Shown in pieces: positions 43,901-58,900 of a stretch of DNA of 64,000 nucleotides. Below the pieces are notes generated by a model. That model was not told the DNA's origin, searched no databases, and saw only the letters and a list, made by a program, of their open reading frames with translations. The position numbers were made by a program, and so were the translations under genes. How positions within the stretch are numbered: the stretch's first letter is position 1; each line of letters starts with the position of its first letter. Where the stretch lies: positions 178,466-242,465 of the forward strand of contig NMRA01000191.1 in assembly GCA_002633005.1 (NCBI GenBank), in the 5' to 3' direction. Origin of the DNA: Phoronis australis. Lineage: Eukaryota > Animalia > Phoronida.

Positions 43901-46900
43901 CACGCACAATGGCGGCCATCAAAAATAAAAAATTCTTATTAAATTCGGTGAAGTTTCAAAATATTTGAAGTTGCCCTGAATGAGCATTATTTGGGATCAA
44001 GTTTCAACTTGTGTTAAAATCCGTTTCATGAAGTTTTTACCTAAAATGGATCAAAAAGAGTATCCTTAGTATGTATCTTATTACGGACATTTTGGATACC
44101 ACAAAATTGTACAAAAATGCTTCATTCATAGAATGTCATCCATTCTTGCTTTTAGATGAACAAAAATAGCAAATCCAGGTGAACAAGACATACCAGACAG
44201 AAAAACACACAATTCAAAATGGCATGCTAGGAAAAACTATTGAGTGGAACAGCTTCGGAAAACATACAGAACAGGAGCCTTTCGCAAATCAATATTGACT
44301 TCACACGAGGCGCTTGATACAAAAGTCAACTGTTGTTCTTCACACGAGTCTTTGTTATTTTGCACCGATTCATTTTTTCTGTGCAACACTGTTGAATGCA
44401 CATCACTGTGCACCTCTAACTTTGATTCTCATTTTCCACACAGCCCTGGCGTCTGTTACATCAAAGTGACTTAAGACTTAGGACAGAAATTTGTCCCTAA
44501 TCTTCCACTTCACAATTACTGAAGGAATTACGAGCAAATAACAGTAATAATAGTAATAATATATAGGAGTCAGTAACTAGCTGTTATGTGTATATTGTCA
44601 AGGATTTTACACTTTTGCACAAGTGAGACTTAATTATCTTTCAGAAATGGTTGTGGAGAGCATAAGAACAAATTTCTGTCTTAAGTCTTAACCAAGTCAC
44701 TTTTCATGAAACATAGCCATGTCAAATGTCAGACACATCCACCAAAATGTGCCACAATTCATTAGTCACGGCTCACATGTTCACAAAAAGCAAAATTTGT
44801 TTCACGTCGGCTAGGGGTGAGCACAAGTTATTGGTCTTAGCCTCCATTGCTTCACGAATGTCTCCCACAACAAGCGTACATTTGACTAAGTGCTACACAG
44901 TTGTCAGGGTGAATCCACGAAACACAAGACTTAAGGCATGGATTGTTACACACACGGAAGAGAGAAATGAAAATACATGAAAATACATAGCCAGTTCATG
45001 CCAGACTACAACTACGAATAGATTAGATGAATTGAACTATGCATTGCGCAAAAAATGCGCTTAATCTCGTATGGCTTTTTTGACCAGCTCAGCTAAATGT
45101 TAATCTGGATGCAGTGTTGCGAGATTGAGTTGTAGAAAAAGGTTAGGTTACAAAAACTGCTACATGCAAATAAATAGTACTTGATTCAAAGCAGTGGTCA
45201 AAACTACCAAGAAAATGGTAATTCCAGAGTTGGTTTGTTGATGTGAGTGTTTCAAAACTACAACAATGTCACGGCATGCTCTCTAGACTAACTTAAAGAA
45301 CAAATTAACAAAAGCAGGTGAATGTCAATATCTTTTAAAGCATGTTTACAAATACTGCATATAAAAAGCAGATGGTCACTTACGTTATTTATGTTAGGCA
45401 CGCTGGATGTCTTACGCATGGGTCGACCCGTGAGAGCAACCATCTCTTTCATAGCAACCTCCTGCAAACATGGAAACCAGCAACTCAAACCTGATACAAG
45501 GCAGAGCAGTTTTCTTGGCATTTTTCCATGAAAAAATGAGAGCAAAAATGCCATCCCACTTAGTGAACAGGAAAACTTAAAAATCCCGCACACTGCTAAT
45601 TTGGTCAAGTCGAAATCGCAAACATCAAGTCAAGTTAGTGGAAGTGAATCTTAAAATCAAAGCAACCAATGAACTTCATTCGGTCCATGAAACTATTCGT
45701 GACATCTTCTGTTCTAATATAATACAAAAACAAGATAAGTGTCTTCTAACTCTGTACTCGAGTGTGTAATGGTTTATGCAGATGAATTATAGATGTTTAC
45801 CTTGAGCTTGTATAAAAATAAAACAGAAAATGTAAACAATTATTTTGAATTCAATTTCTAGTACAAAGATTGGACCTCGGGCCCTGGTGACACTGGGAAA
45901 AAGAAGATCTCGACCCATTTTGGATGGTATCAGGAGGCTTTCTTTTTGAAAATTTGAACAACTACCACATCACCAAATAAATTTTTAAAAAATAACAAAC
46001 CAAAAGACCAGAACCAATACTACTATTTTTAATGTAAATAAAACAGTCTGGCTGGCCCACCTGTCGTAGTTTGTCCAAAGCCAGGATGTTGTCAACCGCA
46101 GCGATGCCCTTAATATACTTTTCAATATACGTCTCACCGTCCATAGTGTGCGAGTCATTTTGTGAAGCGGCCAACTTGGCTAACGTCTCACGATCCTCCA
46201 ACTCTTCTGATGCCTACAGAAATAAAAGGACAATGAACCATGTAAAAACACTGGCGAATGCCGGTGGAGTATAGACAAGGTAGCAACCACACTTGTACCA
46301 AGCTGATCCCTATGACTAACAAGAAAACCACCCTACATGTGACAGTACATCCAAAGCATGTCATCATAGCCAGGATACAGAACGACCACCAAGTGATAAA
46401 CAATGGCTACAAGCCTTACACCTGCTGTTTAACATAACTGTTGATGTCATTTGAATTTGGAAAATCACAAGTGGATACAATCAGTCCATAAGGTGAAAAC
46501 GTTGTAATATGCTGTAAGGTTAAATTTTTATGTAATAACATAGATCTTTGTTTTAAAAAGATATATTGCTCAATACTAACAGCTGACTTGACATCGGATT
46601 GCAGGCAGTTAGAGACTACTCTATTAAGCACAAGAAGTGTAAATAGAACAGCATGTTCAACACAATGCATCTAAAATATTTATGATTATGCAGAGCACTA
46701 GAAAATGTCCAAATCTGAATAAACTCTAAACATATCTCAGAAATGGATGATTGGATTTCAAGAAAGCTTCCACATGCTATTGGAAATTCCTTTTAAAAAT
46801 ATGTTCCACTTTTGCATCGGGGATATCAAAATATCGCTATTATGATTTTTCTCAAAAAATCAGAAGTCGCAAAAACAAATAACAAACATGATATTTTACA

Positions 46901-49900
46901 AAACTTTAACAGCGTTTTTGAGATTTTATCTTGAACATCAAATGAACTTTGTCCATGACATTGTTACTATTGTATTGCCATGAAAGCACCGTTCTCTTTT
47001 TCCTAAATTTTACAACAAAGACACGCCACGGTACCCAATTAATGACAGAATAGTATGAATTTAAAAATCTACTGGGAATCTACTTCGAGAAATATATACA
47101 AATACAGTAAAACAGAACATAACTGTACGAACCTTTGGAATATTTGAGACAATCTCGTAGATAACTCCGCTAGCGATGGGGTAGTCTTGTACGTGTAGCA
47201 GTCTCTGCATTGTGTCGTTCTGTGATGAAAGAACACAAGAATTGATGAAGCAGGTAACAAATAAAAAGCTAGAAATACCAGACAAAGCGAATTAATTATT
47301 TACAGAATCATCCTTCATACCCGTTATTTAATGTTAGGTGCAATAAACTAAATAATGTTCAACAGAGAAAGACACAACTTAACAAAAATTCACCTGTAGG
47401 TGTGAAACACAAAACAATCCTTGTGAACAACTCTGACGTTGATAAGATGCAAAGCAGTGCCATAAAATGACTTCTACAATACTTAAAACATGAACTTTGC
47501 TTCAAATTATGAGTCATTTTCTAACACACATTTCGAAATCCCAACCTAATAACTTACTAACCCGATATAAACCTAACCAGTAAATAACTACAGGGTATAA
47601 ACTCATACACTAATGAACCACAGGAGATAACGACTTGGTGGGAAATATACGCTGGGCATGCTGTGATATTTTATAGAAGATATTCACACGTATAGTTGGA
47701 TTCACTGCCTTGCATAATTATAGGGATGACTGACAACAAGCACAACCATAGTTGAAGAGTTTCATTCTTGTTTTTCTGAATTTTGTAGAGTTTATTGTTA
47801 AATAACAGGGAGTAAGAGAACATGACATGTCCTCGGCCATTATTTCTAATATCTAGAACCCTCGTGGGACTTGGAGGAATTATCGCCCTAAGGGATCATG
47901 CTCTCCAGGTAAAAATTCCGCCAAATCAACACTCGGAATCAAGATACTGGAAATCACAGCCTAGACGTGTAATAAGCTACACTTAAACTCTATGCACTGA
48001 GTTAACCATTACTCTAATATCTAATTATGTTGGTAAGTTGCAACAACAGTACAGGTCCACAACAGATATGTAAGTAGTGATTTAGGCACAAAATAATGAT
48101 GAAACAAGCCAACTGAAATTTGAAGCCCGAAATGCGAGACCAACAACACAGGGAACAGAAAGTACACATCTTACTACACACAGAAATGTTCCTACCTCAT
48201 CAGACCTGCTTATACCCCCATCCGCTGAACACACTTACTCATAAATTAGTGTGACACAACAAGAACATATTTTTATCAGCGGAACTCTCGCCATGTTTAA
48301 CAGCTTAATGTTACAGAAGAGGATATGTTAGTTTACACTACACGTGGTGGTGACTTTGCTTTCTAAATATCTAAGAATTGGCCGTACAGCAAAATATTAC
48401 AATGTGGTATCCACATGTATCGTTATATTGTGGACTAATTGTACTGCTCGACTTAAGTGTTGTGTAAAATACTTCATCCCACCTACAGCAAGACAATGTG
48501 TATTTAAATCAGACACTGCACAACAAAGTTGGTTGGGGACTCCAAGAAGAAATTACAAAAACTAATACCGGATATTATTTTACAACCTTTCAAAATAATT
48601 ACCTATACAACTAAAAAATTTTTTATAGACTCATTGAGTACTTCTCAATGAAAAAATATTATGTGCAATTTTTTGAATGCATAAAGCGTCATCTACTTAT
48701 AAAACTTCGAAAGGCGCTGAGCTGAGTTTGAATTCAAATCACCAAAACACTACACCAAAGATAAAAGCACCATCTCCTCGTTATTGAATAATGGTTTAGA
48801 AAGCAACAATCGGAGCTATTAAACAACCTAGTCGAGAGTTTGATCGAATGGAACTTGTCATGAGCACCGACTATATGTAATTGATTGAAACTGATGAGAG
48901 ACACAACATAATTAAAACTGCTACAAACCACCTTCCATCATGAGCTAACTTTTAACTGGGGTTAATTTACACTTATGGAATAGGACTTCACTTGGCGCTT
49001 ATCCAAATTAGAGGTTTCAGGGCTTAGAAAAAATACTGACAGTTATTTAAAGCCTGCTACCAGCCTCACCAGGTCCTGTCAGCCTTTGTGCTGAAGAGTC
49101 TTACGCAATCACCAACTGTTAGTTCTTCCCAAACCGAGAGACCACTTCAAGATCAGTTTTACAGTGGTATGGGGCCTAAATCAAAGTTTGTTTCTTTGAC
49201 AGACTGGAGGTTCATAACACAAATAAACAAAATGAAACTAAAAGATAGACAGGGACAACATACGTGCATGTACTCCTCAAACTCTTGCGCTGCGTAACTC
49301 ACTGCCTTGGTGATGCGGCGCTTTAGGCGATCGGTGATGCTCTGTTTCTTGTAAACATTAAGGCAGACGCGCTTACGCAGAGCCACGTCCATGGCTGCTG
49401 GATGACTGAGTCGGATGATAGCCTTGACAATGATGTAGACACGCTCGTTGGATGGCGTCACTCGGTTCAGGTGGATTGAGTCGTGGATTGAAGAGTCCCA
49501 CAGGGCTACACCCGAAGTCTAGACAGGGAAGAGAGCAGAGAATATAAGGTTGAAAGTAGATCTATGCTATTTTACATCAATCTATTTCACAGGGATAAGT
49601 AATATCAAATGCCCTCTGAATATTGGTAAATGTGAATACATACAAGCAGTATACAATAATCAGACTGAAGTTACAGTGTAAATAGACCTCTTTGAATGGG
49701 AGCAAAGAAAATGGGGTGGAGGTATGTCTGTTACTTGATTAACCATTCCCTGAAATACCACAACACCATCTATGATTCTGCAGTACCTACCCACAATGCT
49801 ACACACCTGTAGGGCACTTGCGAACAGTTCTACACTGTCGCCATGCTAATCACTGTTTTATATCAAAACTGCAACTCAAGTCTCGCAATTGCATTTTGAG

Positions 49901-52900
49901 TTGCAATGCTAACATAAAACAGTGGAGTAGGGCACGATAAACCATTCTTAGCTTTTCCAATTCATTTCAGAAGTGTCGTAGCCACCCTATATTTCATAAA
50001 CTAGGTCAATCATACAATGCAATTTTCTACCTAGTATGCAAATGACAAGTTGACTTAGCGATAAGAACATTCGTTAAATTTCGTGCAAGCCAAAAATGCA
50101 TTGCATTAAGGCACAAGGAGTCTTTACCATAAAATGGTAATTAAAAGTTTTTAACATTTTCCCAACAACTTGACATAATGGAGCCCAGTCACGAAATGGT
50201 GTATGGTGACGCCAAAAATATGGCAATAGGTACGGCAATAGGGCCCTCGATTTGAGAACCACTATGATGCCCGTTATTCAGTGGAGAAAACCAGTTCTCA
50301 AAATGCAGGACTCCTATAAGTGACCATCACGAAGTCTACTGTGCTTGTGCTTGGAGTTATACTTTATCTCATGATGACGTACGCCTGAACTTGGAATTGT
50401 ATGTTTATAAGCAGCAACCAGGTGGAACATGTTCAGTATAAGAATTTTTTACCTAATTGTTCCCACAATGACCCATTTTTTCTTTTATTGGAACAAAATC
50501 GGACAAGTATTTGAATGTTTCATCAATTCTTGTTTGGCATATAAGATCGCCAAGACAAGAAATGAAAAAGCAAGGCTTGCTTAAATTTTATGTTACTTTA
50601 TTAACAGGCGATTTATTTAAGTGCAATGCAATTTTTTTTCGGGAATTTCAAGTTCAAGCACAACATCTCAGCGAGTAGTAATTCCTACCTCCTTCTCTCC
50701 GTGTTTGACTATAGACAGGTTGAAGAAGTTTGCACCATGTTCCTTAGGAAGGATGAGATTAGCACCAGCAAACAGCTCCTTTTTCGTACTCATATCATCA
50801 GCTGCAATAACAATAGGATATGACACTGAAATATTGTTCAACTCATTGAGCAGGTTCTTGGAAGTTCAGTCGAAAAGTGATTTAAGTCACAAATTTGGTC
50901 ATATACTCCAAACAATTTTTATGAAAAATCAATTAATTTCATTTCAGCAAAAATACTGTAACAGTCCTTGAGAATGCAGTTATAGCTTCTAGTTACTGAG
51001 GAAATTTGCATAAATTATTTTATGCAATAAAAGTGTGAACACTCAACTCCATGCAGAATTACAGCAGGAAAAGTAAGTGTTTTGTGAGTATGCTCAAGAC
51101 TGAGCAAAATGGCGGCCACTAAAGTGATTGGTCGGTGAGGTTAGAATGTTGAACAATGGGATTGAATTCAGAAATTATGGGATAACCAAAGATTTTTCAC
51201 TCCAACTGCAAGCTAATATCTAAGGCCTACGCAAAACAGCCCAGCTACTTACTTCAGCAGGGCAGTAGTCTACTCAACTCAGTTCAGATGATTTTGAATA
51301 ACACTGATTTAGACACCTGTTGCTGTATAATTCGTAAATTCCCTAAGATAATAGCATTTTTCATCTTAAATGCCTTCTCATTGCTATAGATTCTGTGCTG
51401 TCTGTCCCTGCAATCACAGATTAGATAGCCCAGAGCTTGGTGACTTAGTTATCGCTGACAAGCGAGGCAAACAACCATGGCAGCATGATATACAACACCA
51501 AAACATCCATGTTGACCGCCACTGTGTATCGTTTACAAAACTGCACTCACCTTTTTACCTTTTATCAAAGCCTTACTCACCATTTAAATCTAGAAAGACA
51601 ACCGGTATATGTTGTTCCCTATTCAGGGGGGCAACACTGAAATCAAAATAGAACATGATCAGAAATGTGCAAGCCACCAGTCTCGCTTCAAAAATCATAC
51701 ACATAAAAATTTACTCGCCCGCCCGACTATGAAGTTAAATTTCAATAAATCATTAATGCATGTCAGCAAATCAGTCTGCTTTCAAAAAGATTTCGATAAA
51801 CTGCAAGCCAGTCAGATCAGAGTTTAACATAATGCATGACAAATGTATGGTCCACAGCGTACATGTGATAAGACCACTGGACAAGCTACTAACCCGTCGG
51901 CGGGGGCGCCGGGTATCCCCGAGTCAGGCTGGGGGTCGATCACAGCATTCCTCTCCTCAGTGAGTGACATCCACTGAGCCATCAAACTCTGCTCTCTTTC
52001 CACGTCTTCGTCCGTCTTTTCTGTTGAATCACAAAATTAGGCATTAGTAAACGGTTAGAAACAGCAGTAGCCACAAAGGGAACTTGTATCCAAAACTACC
52101 CCAAGACAAATGAGGCAAATGATACTTCAGAACCATTAATGGGAGCCAGTAACATATCTCACTGACACATAAGATCATTCTGATTTTGATTCACAAACAC
52201 AAAACGTCAATGCACTACTGTGGCTTTTATCATGGTTGCAAATGCCCACAATTATTGAAAAACTTCGTCAGAGGATGACTGTGGTACAAAACTTGAACAT
52301 GGAAAACCACCTAATTTGGTGCAGCATAGGTTTGAAGACAAAAGTAATAAATTGTTTTTCACTTGTTGGTCCTCATTTTCGGACATTTTACTGCATCCTT
52401 AGTTCAAACCAGCAACACCGCATCTCCTCATTTACTGTGTACAATGATCAATACAGAGCAATAGTTCAATATAGAGATACCTCAACTCATTACACTCAGC
52501 ACTCAGTCCCGCCCCCCCATACTCTGACCACACATCCCATGCTTTGCAACTGTTACACAAATGCCCCATCGTACTACACCCTGTACTCCCAGCCCCGCTC
52601 CAACCTCCAACCACACCCTACCAGCCCCGCCCCACACTCCAATCACACCCCACCAGCCCCTTCCCTTACCCTCCTTCAGGTTCAGTCTCTGCATCTGTTC
52701 ATCCAGATATTCCTTGCGCTTGGACAACGCATCCGTCCACTGTTGTCGCAAGAGGTTCAAATCCTCATCCTGGTACGAGTCCAGTCCCTTCTGTAGCTTG
52801 GAGCGGGCACACACCCCACCCACTGCCACACTGGTCACAGCCTCGCAGATCAACGGCAGGGTGCCGGACTTCTGTACTGGACTGACGCGCACTTTGATGC

Positions 52901-55900
52901 GCCGCGAGTGGCCCTGCCAGAGAATAACTGAGTGTTATGAGATGCTATAATGCAGACGATTATTGTCTATGACTTACAGCTACAAAATGAAGTGTCATAT
53001 TTGATTTTGTATTCAGGTCATCCTAATTGACAGGCAGAAAACACGGAGCACGAAGGAATTGGGACTTGAAGATATCAATTTTCAATAATCAGGTAAGACC
53101 TAAACACAAAATTTGAGAACCTATCTTGGGGCACGTAATTTCAACACGACAGGCAGTATGCAGAGAGTTCCTGCTGTAGCAGACGTCAAACAACAACAAA
53201 GACTAACTGAAATAATGAAGACTTCAAAACATCTGTGATGTGTGTATAGCGAGCGAAGGGGAAACGGGCTTGAAAATTGTTGTAGGCAGAAAATGGAATC
53301 AAGTAAGTATATTTAGTAAACTGATGGTGTCAAAAACAGACAAGACACTTCTATACGAAAACTTTATTTGTCACTCATGTCAAAGAGAGCAAAATTTTCC
53401 TTTTTTAGCGCAATCCAGCATCCAAACGGAAGCGGTTGTTCTGAAAAGTCATGAACATCTAGCGTGCTATGCTGGTACAAGGATTTAATCGAGTCCCACC
53501 CACCTGTCTAAGCTGGAAGACCCCTGCTGAGGGCACCTCTGGGTGGGGTACCACCTCCACGGCCTGGTATTCCCCCTGTTCGTTCAACTCCTGGATCTCG
53601 ATCCACAGCTCCAGTTTCCGTTGCACTTCACTCCACCTGGACACAAACACGGAGCAAACAATTTGATATCAAGGTGAAGTGTACACATACATACATAAGA
53701 ACTCTTCTACTTGGGACAAAAGTAACTCATAAAGCAGACATTTTCACACAGGGTTTACTTCATTCCTGCTCATGCTCAAAATTTTACCAAACATTGTTCA
53801 GACAAAAATATTTATTTCAAGTGTCATATGAAATGAGTTTATATATATAATACAAAAATATGCTAAATGATATTCGAAGAACAGACAACAGTACTACACT
53901 TGAAATTATTCAAGTTTGTAACTAAACAAAAAAAGTAAGAAAAAGAGAAGAGGGGAAATGCAAGCTAAGTTGGCACTGATAATAACACAAAAGCAAGCTC
54001 AGTGACAATTGGCCAGTACAAATCTTGCTAGCAAAAATACTTCTCGATATTGATTTTTGCAGAGATATTCGAGAAAATGGACCTTCCCTTTTCTACTTCC
54101 ATCTGTAGTTACCTATTCACCAGGCATCTGTTTCCATATTAATTCTAAAGGGCATAGGCTTATTTTGACACCTCTCTCACATAATACATGCACTGTTTAC
54201 ATAATGACAAACTCACCTTTCAATCAGTGACCTGTGTGTGACACTCATTAGCTTGCCGCCCATCCCATAGCCACTACTGCGATGACCCCACACTTCAATG
54301 GACAGGGCCCCATCTGAACAGTGCTCTAAGAACTCTTCTGTAGCTCGTATTGTGAACTCCTGCAATGTGTACCAGAAATTTTCTGCAGGTTAACCACAAC
54401 ACCAGCAAGTTGGTCATTTCAATCAAGACGGGAATGCTAGTAATATTCAGAGGCAAACGATTTAGTCTGTTAGCATGCTACCGAGGCCAGAAACGTTCAC
54501 AGTGACAATATAGTTAATGCCTAATTGCATCATAGTGCATCATTGTGCTAATTCAATCAATTTTAGCATGCATCTCATAACACAACAATATTAGCCTGTA
54601 CTTCAGTGCAACCAACAGCAATGTTTCCTCAGCATAATCAACAGAGATATGGAGGAATGAACCAAACTGTCCTCATTTTGCAACATTTCATAACCCCCAC
54701 CTCAAGTCCACCAAGTCCTTACCTTTTCGTGATTGAATGTGAATGAGAATCCGCTGGGCGTTCGCTTGATTGTGTCAACGTCGACTAGTGGCGCCACCAT
54801 GGTGGCTTCACGCTGGCCCCAGAAGGAGTAGTTACAGAAGACAAAGTTGGACAACAATGGTGGGAGACCACTGGCTTGTTTGATACACACCTATGGGTTG
54901 AGATGAAGAGTTCTGAAATTCTCTGTTTACAATAAATTACAATTATATTATCTCTATTCAATTTACTCCAAAAATAATTGCCCAATTTCTTGAAGGCTGC
55001 TTACATTGTTAAAGTGGTAACAAACCCACGTTCTGCACCCACTTAAAGGAGTGCTTCCTTCGAGCATGCAGTTTTAAGGCAAAATAAAGAAATGTCACAA
55101 TTAAGCAAATCAAAGTGGGCCATGATAGCAATCGGATTTGAGAGATAGCCTGGGATTGTATAAAAGCAGCCAAATTTCAAAAGGACCGACTGGCTAGCTG
55201 TACGACTTTCTGAGAACTATTATTTTACACATCATTATCCAGCTTGTTCTTCAACAGAGATAAACTTCCTTTACAATAAGGACAATTTTGAGACAATTAT
55301 CATATTTTAACAGTAATCACTAATTTTTGATTTTTGCTGCTCAGACAGCTGAAAAGAAGGAATTGCAGTTTTAATAGAAAGCGATCATGGTAGAGTGTGC
55401 CCCAGTACCTTGACAGTGATCTTTCTGCCGGCAGACAGCCCGTCACTCTCCTCATCCAATGTGTCTACACTGGCTCGATCGTCGTCGTAACTGTTCTCAG
55501 AGTTCGTGTCACTTGTGTTGACCTTTGACATCTCCACATGAAGTTTGCCCGTCACCTAAAGAGCAGGCAGAATCCGTGATTGATAACGAATCCCCAAGAT
55601 GGTAACTTCCACTAACCAAAAGCTCATAAAACCCCCCTATGTGGACTCCTTAGCTTCAGGGTAACACAACCTGAGAGAAGCATGATATATTTCTCATTTC
55701 TCGTTTGTCTCTGTTCAGAATTACTTAGCTACTTAACCCTTTGAAAAATAAGTTGATAATAAACAAGTTTTTCTACCCTTGCGAAAAAGGAGTTGAATTT
55801 GGGACACATTTAACGTGGGCACATCACAGTTATTAAATATTCTTCCTACCAAAATTTTAAAACAGCTCCACTCACACATGTCCAGATGTGTTTGACACAC

Positions 55901-58900
55901 TTTTTACAACTCGATGAGGTTTCTTATCAAATTCAAACTTCAAGATTTCATACAAGCATAAACTTTTAAGACGCTATACACATACAGAAGGGTACTTTCG
56001 CAATATTTACCAGACTGCAACGAGATCATATAGTCTCCATAAGGTAATGTCATGTATAACAAGCGGAAGACATGCTCACGCTGGCTCTCACCCATTAAAG
56101 TTATTTAACACACTCAAGGTCTCACCTCTCCTTGTTGATTGATGATGGGTACGGCATACTCCAATTTGATGTCAAAAAAGAGACAACACAGGAAGATGTT
56201 GGCCACGCCTATCAGGTCATGGTTCTCTGAGCACTCGTAGAATGTGTCACGCTTGGATGAGGCATCATCCTGCAGGGAGTGGGTAATTATTACACAAGTG
56301 CTGGTAATTCTACACAGGGATTGTGTGGAAAGACCCACTGTTTACTGAACCTAAATATATGCAGAGTTGTACAGAAACTGTAGGTGTTTCACAAGTGACA
56401 GCTCTGTCACTATATGTTAGTATTCTGGTGGAGATCTTGAGACAAAGGAATTTCCAATATCATCTCACCTCAAATGATAGCCTCCAAACTTTTTGCCTTA
56501 CACCAGTGATGTCAGCAACATTCCTTTGATAAATTGGTAGTCAGAACCAGACCTACCACACAATAACCATCTCATTTCGCACTGAATTCTATTCCTCATC
56601 AAGAACGGCAGCCCCCCCCCACGATTCATTCCTTCATCTCTACCACAGGTTTATGGTCTGAATATTCTTCCACAGACCACATCACCTTAAAAGGTAACCC
56701 CCTCACTTCTACCACAGGCTTATAGACTGGGTATTATGCCAGAGCCCAGCTCACCTTCAGAGGTAACCCTTTCTCTTTCCTGTCTTCATACATGTCTCTC
56801 ATGTCTATAATCTTGTTCTCAAACTTCTCCATTGACCACACCAAGTTGGCTTCTCCCTTACGTTTGACAGAGATGGCCGGCTCACTGGCAAATGTGCCGC
56901 TCTGAAATTGGTATTGACCCACATTACGTAAAAACAACAACAACAACGTCAACGACAACATGACATTACTGGGCCATTATTCAGTTGGTTTCAAACATTC
57001 AATTGTACTGCAACTGAAATATGAAGTGCAATTAACTTAAGACAAAAGATTTGGCATAAAATGTTCAAAAAGTGATCCAGGAGTTTAACCTACCATTTCT
57101 GTGCGTATTTAGGCCAATGTGTCTATACATAACGCCGAACCAATATCCAGAATTAGGTGCATACACCTATATGTAAAACTGGAGAGCATTTTCTAAAGTA
57201 TCCTGTGAAACTCGATGAATCTATTCCAAAATGGTAGATGTTGACGAGTGCTAAATTTAACAAAAATGTTAAATCTTAAGTAATAAGAATGGTACACAAC
57301 ACTCAACTAAAGACAAAATACAATGCATACAATTCCCCTGGATGACCAGGTATACCTCGTAGAGATCAATTTTGCAGGAGCAAAGTGAGACTCTTACCTT
57401 TCTGTTAGGACTGAGATTACACGCAGGTATCTGTAGAATGACGGAGAACTCCACTTCTTTCCCCATCTCAATGGCAAGAGTGTTGGCCTCACGGATCAAC
57501 GTGTTGGCTTTTACGACCTCCTCGCGTAGTTTGACTAGGCCTTGTTTGAACAGTTTATCCCTGCAAAAACATAATTGACAGATTTGTCAGCATCACGACA
57601 CATAGAACAGCTTATGACTTATTCTTGGTAAAATTGCAACGGGAAGAAATTCAATTTCCAGCTTCAAAAGTGGGGCCCTCTTCTGAGGCTTTAAATTAAA
57701 TTTCTGCTTATGTCATTTTAATGTGAATAGTCATTAAAAATAATACACTGTTAATTAGATGCTTGTCAGCAATATGAGGCTGCTTGTGGACAACCTAGGG
57801 CAATAGTCTAGAACTGTACAGTGAATTATGATGGGGTTCAGATTTCGTAGTTTTGCTCAGCGTCTGTAGTTGAAGTTCCCATATTAGACACGCTCTGCAA
57901 GTCTTTTCATCATTAGCTGACCAATACCTCATCAAGTAAGTCACTGTGAATCAGTAACTCATCAGGGAATGTTTCCTACCTTGAAACTGGAATACGGCCT
58001 ATCATTATTTCAAATTTGCAAACGTTTTATCATTGTGTTTTTCTGAACAATTAAGTTTTTTAGTTGCTAGACATAGTTTGCACTGAATGTAATGACCTAC
58101 TCGAGATGAGTTTAAAATCAAAACACCAAACATTTATATTGAAAGTAAATATAAAGCAGTGACATCTTTAAAACCTCTAAATTTGTCTTGAGGCAACTTT
58201 CCTGGCTTTAAGTTCAACATAGCGATTTAATACATTCCAAATTTGAAATGATTACCCTTGAGTATAGTGTTATTGAATACTCCAACACTCAACTTCCCAC
58301 TACAGACTAGATTTATCTCAGTTTAAAAGTGGCATTTTGTTTTACCTTGACCGTTTCACTGCGTATTATTTTATGGTTAATCAGTTAATAGTTCCTGTAC
58401 AATCACAAGCAATGTCAAGGTCATCATGAAATTGCCAGTCCAGAAGGTCCTGAAAAATTGCCCAATGAAGCCACGCACCTTTCCTGGGCCCACTGCTGGA
58501 ACTTGGGGTGCACCTGCGAGTGGCCCACACTGATGGGGCTCAGCCGGGGCACGTCCCACGAGGACATGACGTGCGAGGGCGTCCCGGGCGACATCATCTG
58601 ATTCCTCAGTGTTGCCATCTGTTGCTCGTACATCTGTCTTTGCTTGGCCAGCGCCTCTGAAGGGCAAGACAGGGCATGTATGAGTCTCGGTCATAAAATG
58701 TTTCAGCTTAATGGACAGTGTATTGGAAAAGTAATCAATGAAATTGACCTGAAATTCCACACCTGCCTTCTATCACAAAACCACATCTGATGTCAACCAC
58801 TTATTCAGATGGAATTTTTATACACGTGAGGTGATTTCAGGGATTGGAAAGAACTGCCAGTCCACACCAAAGACCCATTCATGTGCCAAACAGGTCTCAA

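Noticed and set aside
51546-51580. Alternative donor AAG|GTGAGT 30 nt downstream of the 56-nt KIF13 exon
   Set aside because: The extension reads GGT GAG TAA (an immediate stop) and there is no other support
52236-52950. Overlapping Pro/His-rich plus-strand ORFs
   Set aside because: Antisense of a KIF13 exon plus the C-rich intronic repeat
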